Assembly: GCA_008632985.1 (NCBI GenBank)
Contig: QPGO01000042.1
Coordinates: 124,001-188,000, forward strand
DNA: 64,000 nt
Direction: 5' to 3'
Source of the DNA: Psammoneis japonica
Lineage: Eukaryota
Shown here: positions 12,601-24,639 of the stretch, in pieces
Position numbering within the stretch: position 1 is the first letter of the stretch
Layout of the letters: every line of letters begins with the position of its first letter
The notes under the pieces: model-generated
What the model was told of the DNA's origin: nothing
What the model saw: only the letters and a program-made list of their open reading frames with translations
The model's database searches: none
Translations under genes and position numbers: made by a program

Positions 12601-13185
12601 GAGTCGGCGCTTATTCAAGAAATGGCATGCGGTGCACTTTGGAGTATCTTGAACACCTCTCACGAGCGAAAGGCGGATGCCGTAGAATATGGAGGTATCG
12701 ACGCGGTGACATGTGCCCTTGTTATGCATCCTCGCGAACCTGGTTGTTTGACGAATGGCTTTGGTGTGCTTTCGAGCGTGAGCGTTGAAAGCGTTCATGC
12801 CGAAGCGATAGCGAATGCTCAAGGTATTAGTATTGTGGTCGAGGCAATGAGGAGTAATGGCGCCAACACTGCTGTGTTGGAATTTGGCTCTCTTGTTTTG
12901 AGAAATATTGTGCTGGTGAAGCCTGATTGTGCCGAGGAGGCGTCGAGTGCCATATCTACGATTGTAACGTGCATGAAAGAAAACCCAGATGCCTCCGGCT
13001 TACAGAAGGAGGCCTGTAATGCCCTCTGGGCTTTAGCAGCACAATCTGAATCATGCAAGGCGCGAATTCTAGCGTTGGACGGCGTGACTGTCATCATGAA
13101 CACTTTGGATCGAAGCTCGGAATACGACGTTCAAGAAGCAGCCAGGGGCGCCTTCAATCAACTTGCGATGGCCAGTTTTGGTTGA
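9610..13185 (+). CDS. Armadillo-repeat protein with N-terminal CxxC...CxxC zinc-ribbon-like motif and long disordered linker (1191 aa)
   Basis: Uninterrupted 1191-aa ORF; N-terminal CPTCG...GRCLIC; repeated GGI..IV.AM..H......QE.AC.AL.NL units. Confidence 0.85.
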   Translation: MNQQSISGSTPMEGVSHGNLAQKRMKRGECPTCGTKTHKVNFFGKKTALTVEGQALYGRCLICNPVEGYSRRPPDQPVVPQSLEIMEREEEDDAGTMVSGITLDYRLVQGARQWDSGVPEDDDDDNDTYRDMDKFQNAPKNRPTPSICEEEESDDWRPTNRRGPPPPRRSGPGHGGRPNPSRVSRAPQFGMGVIEEKDTVTETSSGANRDSEGSGERSSLRERENQAPSYDVGRDSYRGDRFRPEEEKNEVQPPDEYEEDQVGYDDHHYASNEDARSKPSQDITFNPKEPGRRGKSSRSLNVEPKRVNESYDPDGSSKRSGKKQASRNDDVEFNREREPQDSYEDEYDTRSSSQRGYSSKTLPAQLKKEPRDDRGSSHRSKDESRGGGRSKDDDGISLHSGQGRSGRSKKSKSKDDGSKRRKGRGMPDDDNLEGPVARPTATSSKSVRTRKKEATGLVSKDRVRAMFRQLSQVGDRDEKPRVSPDEIQTIVACLNLPESTSLVRERAFEALEEVIWESGQDAKDLLVEHKGIEALVQSMWQDMGNSAVQVTAVGLMFALSASTDGVNDNDIMTDMKAQGAVDALLISMQTHVYVEGVQRSGCLALCCLAAASSDNRNINDGTLSGAVLSVVNAMSGQQDSLAIQEWGIRALYNQCVYSVNAESNKISLGKGSYDGGNCVEVINRAMDIAKSELVTVEWACRLYWCISSNDDIAKALVSSNQSLQAIVNALRSFDRNPDAGSLAEAAYGTLSNLARFDQSHDGLRNAGVITLAVESMKFFSNEEGLNIEACSLLANLACSPMEKDAILRASAVKPIVKTMDIFPNNEFLQEEALRTLLCLSIDFEEGKKAVSCEEGIKALVQALEYHRDSLAVLEMACSLMASLSARQENLRQIVLQGGIHALAQAMNAHVQEQHLQELACAAFRNLSYLDGDIEDLLDENNVGALVQAMDAHPNSQEVQLHACCVLWNLCTKSQKDPEIIVAVGGIKSIVKAMQSHMESALIQEMACGALWSILNTSHERKADAVEYGGIDAVTCALVMHPREPGCLTNGFGVLSSVSVESVHAEAIANAQGISIVVEAMRSNGANTAVLEFGSLVLRNIVLVKPDCAEEASSAISTIVTCMKENPDASGLQKEACNALWALAAQSESCKARILALDGVTVIMNTLDRSSEYDVQEAARGAFNQLAMASFG

Positions 13186-13277
13186 AGCGAGCACCACAGC
13201 TTGAAAATTCTCGTTAAAAATTGAATTTAGTACAGATTTGTTACCGTACTCAATGCATCATGAGAGATCGTGAATGT

Positions 13278-15771
<2,494 letters not shown>

Positions 15772-16547
15772 TGGTTTGCCCAGTTTGAGAAGATCGAGGG
15801 AGAAAATAAGAAATACAGTAAGTGTACCGTATCGGAAGATCAGTGGTGGCGTGTGTCGGCCAGGCAGGCGATGACCGGCTGACTTACTGACCGCCCGCAC
15901 GACCGATTTATAATTTCATTCCTTCCAATGTTCATTCCCTGCGAATGTCACAATGAACTCCAGCTTCAATTTTTTTCCAAGCCAAAGGGTGAGTGCACAC
16001 AAAACTTTTACAAGCTTGTTTTTGTGGAGCTGTGCGCTCACCTTTCGATTTTCGAAACAATCAAAATTGAAGGAGTTTGTTGTGCCAAACATGTTTTTTG
16101 GCCGTTGTCCTTTTCTGTTGTGAAAATGGTCATGCACACCCGCTTTTTCATTTTTTGGAGCTCATGTTTTTGGTCTGCTTCAACTGAACTGATGTCTGAA
16201 CACACCCTGTTTCTGCAGACACCATGCAGTTAATTTTGCTGAGCGTGCCAAAAAAAAAAGTCCTCTCGACTTCTTCTCATCCATCTCATCCAGTGGCCCC
16301 CTCTTTTTGTTTGTTTTTGTGCACGTTTTTCACTCAAATCTCCAGTGCATCATGGTTGACAAAGAAAAGGAAGCAAACTGGAGTTGGCCATTGACACAAG
16401 TCAGGACCTGGAAACAGCAAAAACAAAAAGCACCATCTTGTGAAGGGCCATCCTTTCTGAGACAGCCACCCCCTCCCCAAGTCGATGCTTGAGGAGCGCA
16501 TGAGCCAGCCACTTCCTCCAATCTCACCTCTGCCAATGCTGCCATCA

Positions 16548-16860
16548 CTCCCTCCATTGCCCCCACTGACCAAACTCCTGTCAGCCTAAAACCAGCCACA
16601 GAGCACTTCACTTTCAACCCTTGTGCCTTTGATGAAACCCGCAAAGATCCCAACAACACTTGCCCCCTCCCAACTTGATGCCAAAGGAGCAACAGCCACT
16701 CCCTCCAACCTTGCATCTGCCAATGCCAACATGCCACCTTCATTCCTTCCATTGCTCCTGCCAACCAAACTCCTGTCAACCCAAGACTCTCTACAGAGTG
16801 CCCCACTTTCAATCCCCACACCTTTGATGAAACCCACAAAGATCCCCAACTGGCACTTTG
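16548..16860 (+). repeat. Degenerate direct repeat, two ~115-bp copies ~195 bp apart
   Basis: ccattgc..accaaactcctgtca...cactttcaa...cctttgatgaaaccc.caaagatccc occurs at ~16554-16651 and ~16748-16845. Confidence 0.85.
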
Positions 16861-17099
16861 TCTTGCAGCAGTCAAAATGAGAGATGGCATCTCATCTTGC
16901 ACTGCCACCCAGGAGCAACAGCCTGTTCCTTTGTGCACACATTGCAGTTTCCTAATTCAGCTTGCCACACTGAGGCTTGTAATTTGACGTTGCCAAAAAT
17001 GAGGGCTGATGCTGTGCAAATGACCAAGCAGTTCGGCAAAATGTGAGAACATGCCAACAACAAAAGCGGTGGTCAATGCTGCGCAGATGACAAAAAATG

Positions 17100-19795
17100 T
17101 TTTGTCTGTTCAGCGGCAATTGGAGTCTGCAGTTCTCCACAAAAAGCCTGCTGATGAGCCCAAATCATCTTCCAAAGACTGTGCCAATGCACTCAGCCCA
17201 AATCAAAAAACTGTTCATTGACAATTGAAGGAGGGAACCATTGCCAGAGCAGCCTTGATTGAGAGCAAAGAAGATGTCATGTGGTTGTCATCAAATCATC
17301 TTGACTTGGTGCAGTCTCCCAACTCAAGACAAATGACTCTAAAGATGAAGATGGAAACAAAAAATGAGTGAACAAATGGTTGCGCAATGTGTCATGCATG
17401 ACCTCCACAATGACATGTTGAAGCCTGTGGGTTCCAGTTGATTTGAACATGCCCACAATGCCAATGGCAAGACCCTCATCAGCAACACAATGTTTTGCTT
17501 TTTGATTCCCAAGCAATGTCAAAAAACAAACACCAGCCAAGAACGCAGCATGTGCAAATGCAGCGATTGTGTGAATGCACACTTTCTGCAAGATGCATTA
17601 AACAGGTTTCAAAGGAGGCTTTTAAAAAAAGATGCAGGTGGAGCAGAAGTGGTCAAGGTTGTGAATGATGACCCTGAAAACTCTGCAGCTGCAACAGTGC
17701 CATTGGCAAATTGGAGAACCAAATTGGCTGGTGTGAAGAGGGGGCATTTTGCCCCAACTCCAGTCACCTTCATCCCAGCAAAGCTCAAGATGCCAGTTGC
17801 GACCATCATTTGCAGCAATGTCAATGGTCAGGATCATCCCATTGGAAATGCATTTTGGCAAATGTGCACATTGCCCATCCTGTCCAACTCCATTGTTGGA
17901 ACAGAGTGAAAGTCCCAGTGAACCCCAAGTTTCGTTTCAGTGGAGTTTGACTGCAAAACATGTTCTGTTTGTGAGGCAGATTCAGATGGGAACAAGGATG
18001 CAAAGGTCAAGCAAAAGACCTTGTTGATAAGGTCTGTGAGCCAGCCAAGGTCTTTGCAAAAGAACACCACATTCCAAGTTTAAAGAAGCTGCGTCACCAC
18101 CTTCCCTGTGCAGCCATTCTTGGGGAAATCATTGCATGGAAATGCACTGCAAGGCATTTGAGTCAATGCATGTCCAACAGCATTTTCACATCCACTGGCT
18201 GCTCAGAGCATCTTCCATCTGAGTTTAACAACCAAATTCATGGGTTCATTGGGGCAGCAACCAAGCAATGTCCATTGAAGGCCAAGTTTGTGATGTGTGA
18301 TTGACATGAGGCTGAGAAAACATGTGTTGTGGGTTTCTCTCTGATTTTTCTAAGCAAGATGCTGCCACAACCAATGCTCACTTGGAAAAGTTTGTCACAT
18401 GGTTAAAAACCATGGAATGTGTCAGATGTGGCTTGTGATTTTCAGTCACACAGATGGTTGTGCCAAACACTGTCAATGCACTTTGGCACTGTGCTTTTGG
18501 TGCATGCCTGCAAATGCAAAGTTGTCTTTGACCATGCCATTGGAGCACACCTGGACATGGCAAAGAAGAGGTGATGGAATTGGAGCCTGCATTGGATCAC
18601 TCATTCATCCAAAAATGCAGCCCACAACTGTTGCAGGGAGTCAAAGATGAGGACTGGAAAATTGGGGCTAATGCTTTGGCAATGGATGACAACAATGTTG
18701 CAGCAGAGCACAGTTGCACACCAGAATGTTTGAAATTTCTTGAAAAGAAAGAGAGCGCCAATGGCACAGTTGGTGACAGGAAACATGCTGTGAGGGAATC
18801 CATTTGAAAGTTGAAAGAAAGGGTGCATCATCTGCAAGAAGCAGATGAAGTTCTTGGGCTCTTCAGTTGAAGTCAAGTTGCAAGGACAGGCACAACTGTG
18901 CAAGAAGTGCCATTGTGGCATTGGCGCCACTCACCATTTTTGTTTTGAACCCCTTTCCCATTGGTTTGGGTTGCCATGCAATGCATTCCTTGCACTTGTG
19001 ATGGCTGCCTGGATCAGCTCAAATGACATTGGGCAAACAATGTCAGCCCAACTGGCAGCCTTTGTGTGCAGCTGGCAACCAAGCTTGCAAACTGTGGCCC
19101 ATCTTTGGGGGGGGGGGGGGGGGGGGCTGAATGATTGGCAAGTTTGTCAGGTCAAACAACTGAGAGTGACAACAACAAGATTCAGCTGGTTCACAAATCT
19201 GTGTTGGACCTTTTGACTGAGGAAAAAGCAGAGGAAATTGTTGCAAACAGCCATGCCACATGTCCCGTGAGAATCTGACAAGGGCTTCTGTCTGCTGTGA
19301 TGGGATGAACTGCCCCACAAAGCACAGGAAGATGCAGTGTGGAATGAGTTTGATCCACCCACAACTGTTGAGGCTGGCAAATGGGTTTGCAAGGGAGTGC
19401 ATCTAAACTGTGCTCCAAGGGCCAGTGGATGGCGCACTCCTGGAGACACTGGGGGGTGTCAGACAAGAGGATTGTTGCTCAAGCACATTGTGGTTGCAAA
19501 CACCAAGCTTGATGAACCATCAGCCTCTCTGAAACTTCCAAGGACATGCAACAGGAATGAGGCTTTGCTTCTTAATCCACATCATTTGACTGAGGATGAG
19601 CATGAAGCCATTCTTGATGCAATCAACCAGTGTGTGAAGCCAATCACTGGATTGTTTTGAGGAATCTTTGGAGGAAGGGGGGGGGGGGGTGACAACAGCA
19701 AATGACCAGCCAGAGGAAAAAGAGTGATGATGAAGATGAGGAGGGGGAAAAGGACAGCATGGGAGTGGACAGTGAAAGTGATGAGTCAGAGGAAT
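17100..19795 (+). pseudogene. Degenerate DNA transposase (Sola-like DDE/D family)
   Basis: Frameshifted remnants MCKCSDC, DFSKQDAATTNAH, TDGCAKHCQC (18450-18479; cf. xDGCAxQYKC), PGHGKEE-DGIGA (~18550-18587; cf. HGKxxxDG), IPCTCDGC, acidic C-terminal tail. Confidence 0.6.
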
Positions 19796-19926
19796 GAAGC
19801 AGGAATGGGAAAACAACGAGTGCTGTTGTTGTCACTTTGCCTTGCATCCTGCACCAACTGGATGGACTGTCCAACACAAGCACATGTTTCCTGAGTCACA
19901 ACTCACAAGTCTTCCTTTCTTTGCCA

Positions 19927-20503
19927 TCACCAGTGCTTTGCCACCTGTGGAAGTTCAAAACAGTGCACCATGGCCACCAGTTTCTGGAGCTTGTTTGCCA
20001 TGAGCTTCATCTCATGTTTCTCATTTCCAAGACACCAATTGAAGCACTCAACATCACTTGCTGGCAATGCAAAACAGTGGTTGGAATCAAAGATCCACCC
20101 ATGGTGCAAGGCAATGCAGTGGTTGTTTACCAGATGGCACAAAGTCGTGCAGTCATCATGGCAGGTGGTCACATCAAATTCACCACCTGCTTCCAAGGAA
20201 ATGGCTCAATCTAAACTGCCACAAAACTTCATCTTTGAGTTCATTGGTGGAAAGTTTTCTCCTTCAAATGGCCACTCAGCATGTTTCTTGCAAACAACAT
20301 GTGATTGTTGTCAGCATTGATCTGGTGTTGGCCAATTTTTCAATGTGAGATGCAGTGCAATCTCTCATTTCCAGGTTGCCAACATGATGAAGAATGCTGC
20401 TGGCCAGGGATGAAAACACGCAAGTGTCTTTGCATGCTTGCAAGAATTTCACAGGCGGGCCAATCATTGGCAAGTTGCATCCATTGACATCAACACATTT
20501 CAA
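19927..20503 (-). pseudogene. Cargo ORF relic with putative papain-like Cys-His-Asp peptidase motifs
   Basis: QACKDTCVFSSLAS (Cys helix) followed by NHCIALHHGWIFDSN (His...Asp) and FALP...NWC. Confidence 0.4.
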
Positions 20504-23500
20504 ATCTTTTCAAACATCTGGAAACCACATCTTGAAATTGCACTCAGCCCAATCTGGGGTCACACACATTTTGCATGGTTGTTGTGCCCTCCAGGGTGCA
20601 ACCAACAAAACAAGCATCCCGCACAAGGCGTGGATCATGTTTGCCAATCTCCTTCTGACTCAGCCAATCTCTCAAGTTTTGCAACCTGTGGTGCACTGCA
20701 AATTGCATCCACCTTGTGCTTGATCTCATTCTTGCATTTTCAATTTAGTGCATGGACGCAGTTTGGTTTGTGTCAAGCATGTTCGATGAGGCCCACACAC
20801 ACTTGTCCATGGGATGGCCATTGGCATGGCCATTCCCAATGAGTGGCAGCAAGCAACCAAACAAGTGAGGAACAGCTCCTGTGGAATCACAGGCATGGTT
20901 TCTTCCTGTTTCATGAACTTGGATCAGTCCAAACAAATTTTGCAAACTTCAACATGCTTGAGCATTGATGTGTGTTCACTTGGTCATCTCCCCCTTTCTT
21001 TTGATGGTGCTTGTCTTTGCTCAAATGACAAAATGAAGGTGCACTTGGTTTCAGCTTTGAGCTGCAAAGGCCAATGAGATCCTCATCATTGCTCACTCCA
21101 GTGATGTCCTCTTTCATGAGCTTCATCTGGCATTTGTGACATGCACCTCCCACCCTCTCCTTCTCTGCCTTCATGTTCTGAGCACCAAGTTTTTGGCTGC
21201 CTCCGTGTCTCCCCCCAGCTCCTCCTCCTCCTCTTCCTCTTTGTCTCCCTTGTCTTTCTCTTCCTCTGCATCTCCTTGTCTGACTCAGTTGACTCATCCA
21301 TGCCTCCCCCTGCTCCTCTTCATTGTCATCTCACAGTCGCAACCTTTTTGTTCTCTTTTCTGCCTCTTTCATTTCATCCAAGCCTCTCTTGTGCATCTCA
21401 GCTGCAGTCATGCAATGGTGACAATGCATCCTTCTGCACAACAAACACCATTCATCGCAGTTGGGGAGCCACCTTGCCCAATTGGTGATGTGAGTCAGCA
21501 GCTCCTTGAGACAGCCCTTTTTTCTTGAGCCATCTGAGAAGTGCAGTTGCAACATTGGTTTGTTTGTGGTGACAGCCTCTGCCAACTTGGATCACCGCTG
21601 CAGCAAAAAGACTTGCGCAACTGATCCAGTGGGCACCAATGGCCAGAAAGAATCTGACTGCACCTGTCAGTTACAGGAACCCACAACACATGGTTGCACA
21701 GCCAACCAACAATGATGCCAAACAATGCCTGCAATGGCATTGTCTTTTTGTGGTTGCATGGACCAAGCAGGACAACATTTTGGCAACCATGACAGTCGGC
21801 ACAACATGTGAGGCAATTGGCATCATGCATCCGTGGGAAGTTTGGCATGCAGGGATCCTTCTCCATGTCATCACCTGGTTCTTCATGATCCTCCCTGTTG
21901 CAACACTCTTTGTGAAAACACAATCACTGCTGTTGTCCCCATTGGACTTCTTCAACTTGTCATGTTTGACACCTGGTTTGTGGTGCAATTTTTGTCCACC
22001 TGCTTCCTCTGAGCAATTTTTGATTTGACAGACTGACAGTTGTGTGTTTCACACCACAGCTGTTTGCAGATGAAATGGGATGATTTTTGTCACAACAAAA
22101 AAACAACTTGACATGCAACCCTTCAACGCCAACATTTCAATTTTGTTCTTCACTTCCCACTGGACTTAACTTGCCAGAAACTGTCAGACACGATCTTGCC
22201 AAAAGGTGGCTGCACAGTCTTCTTTGGATCCTCTCTGGTTGATGTTTGAGGGTCGTGCCTTTCACATCATCAATGTTGACCTGGCTGTCATTGCAAATTT
22301 TGTGCTTGGCAGCACTGAAATGTGCATTGCAGCAATGCAGCTTTCACTTTCAGCAAGTGGTTCCTCCCAAATGTCACCATCTTTGCTCAACTCAGTGCAT
22401 GGTTGAGATGCTCTGGGCTTAAATGAGGCAATTCCAAAACAATTGCAGAGCTCATTGGAGCAACCATCTCCTTTTCACACAATGCAACAGTGTTGTTTCC
22501 ATTGTTTGTCATGAGATTCTCTCACTCCCAGTGCTTGCAAACTTCCACCAAGTCTGGACATTGAGACATGGTGGTGTTCGTGCAGTTCTCAAAACCCATT
22601 GCTCCCATGCAACAAGGCACAGCAACTTCTGACAATGAAGACATGCCTCCAAGCTCCTGTGACAGCCAAACAAAATGGCTTGAACAAGTCTGACAAAAAA
22701 GGACAAACACCACAATTCAACAGCATGATTGTCTGTTTCTCATTGACCCCGTCACTGTCATCCTCAGAGTCTGCATGGATGCAATCAACAAGCATGCCAA
22801 TTCCTTTCTTTGCATGGCACAACAAAGCAGCAGCAATGTGCACCCCTTTTTGGCACTCCTGATTGACATTCCTGATGGCATTGCAACCAACATCAACATG
22901 TTGTTGTGCTTCATGCCAAGACAATTTCTTGTTTGCAATCAATTTTCTCAAGGTGAATTTCTTGAACAAACCAATCAGCAATGCAGCTGTGGAACAGGCC
23001 TCATGTTCTTTTGTTGCTGTTGAACCCATCAACACCATTCCTGTGATGAAACAGGTCAAAGAGAGAGCTGGTCTTCTGGGTTTTAGTGCAATCTTCCATG
23101 GTGAGTGGCTCAAATCCACCACAAAACCTTGTGGCACATGTGGGGATCAACTGAAGTGCAGAGAGGTGGCTGGCCCAAGTTTTGGAGCAACCCGCCTTTG
23201 AACAATGTCCCTTCATTGATTCAACGAAGCTCTTGATGCAAGGGTTGCATGCTTCTGTTTGTGCGACAAATGCAATCCAGAGAGGGGCCAATGTCAGTCA
23301 CTGTGAAAGTGATGCAGATGAACAGAGGCAGCCTCTGAGTCAGTTCCAGATGCCTGCTCAATGACACAAAAGAAGAAAGATCACAGCAAACAAACCAAAA
23401 CAAGTGCAAAATGGTGGCAACTGTCACTTGGAAACCGCTGGGGCGAATGTGTGAGTTTGGCAGAAATTCAGAACAAAGCCAAAAAAAGCACATGCACAGT

Positions 23501-24539
23501 GTCTCATGTGAACCACAGCACACAAAATTGACTTGCCAAACTCCAAACAAAAAAAAATGAAGAGATGGTGTCATCCACAATGACAGCAACTGTGCAGAGC
23601 TGCAGTCATGTTGCAATGACAATGACACAATGTTCAAATGAAAGGAACAGATGGTTCATGCAACTGCAAGGCAGGGCAAAGAGGGGCTGTGGAGTGGTGA
23701 CAGGGGTGTGCTGCATTGTGGCTGATGTTGTGTGTGGGGTGTTTTTGCATGTGGACCTCGCGTGCATGCAGAAGTCAGCATTGATCAACGCATTGCCAGA
23801 ACAACATTAGATGCCAACTGACACCACCTGTTCTTCCTGCAAAAAATGGCACATCAGTGGTTGGAGACATGTGCCTTTAACACAAATGTGTTTCATCATC
23901 AAAATGATTGAAGTTGGCCAAAAGCCAAAAAGTGCAAGCTCTGCCAGGTGGAGACAAAATTGTCTGGTGCTGAAAACTGCACAGAAAATCTCGCGTGATG
24001 GACTGTGAATCACCTGGGGCTGGAACAGGTCAGGACCGTGATTGCACTGGTCATGATGCCATGAAACTTCCCACCATGTGGTGTCCTTAGAAAGGAAGAA
24101 AAGTGCAGTGCAGGAGAGCACAACAAGGAGAAAAACAACAAGGCAGATTGAGCTGAGCATGCATGCAGAAAAACCACAAGGTGAGAAGTGGGTGTTCTCT
24201 GCCAGTGCTGTGCTTTCAAAATGTTGCTCTCTTTTGTCATTTGTTGTTTTTACAAAAAGCAAGAGGCCAAAAAAGACAGCTGACTGCAGCAAGTGTGGCG
24301 TGCTGTTGCTCAAAAAGCCCTCTCTTGTGTGAACAAGAGCTGAGCTTGAAAGGCTTGAAGAAGGATCCACCTGCATTGCCAAGTGTGCTCAAGAGCCAAG
24401 ACAGGCAGCAGCTCTCAAGAAGAAGACAGGGTTCTCACCATTGAAAAGATGAGGGGTGGTTGGAAGTCCAGACAGGTGCTGAACTCTGGGCAACAAATGG
24501 AGTGATTGCATGCTCTTTTCTTGGGGGGGGGGGGGGGGG

Positions 24540-24639
24540 NNNNNNNNNNNNNNNNNNNNNNNNNNNNNNNNNNNNNNNNNNNNNNNNNNNNNNNNNNNNN
24601 NNNNNNNNNNNNNNNNNNNNNNNNNNNNNNNNNNNNNNN
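24540..24639. other. Assembly gap (100 N), preceded by a G17 run
   Basis: N run. Confidence 0.99.
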
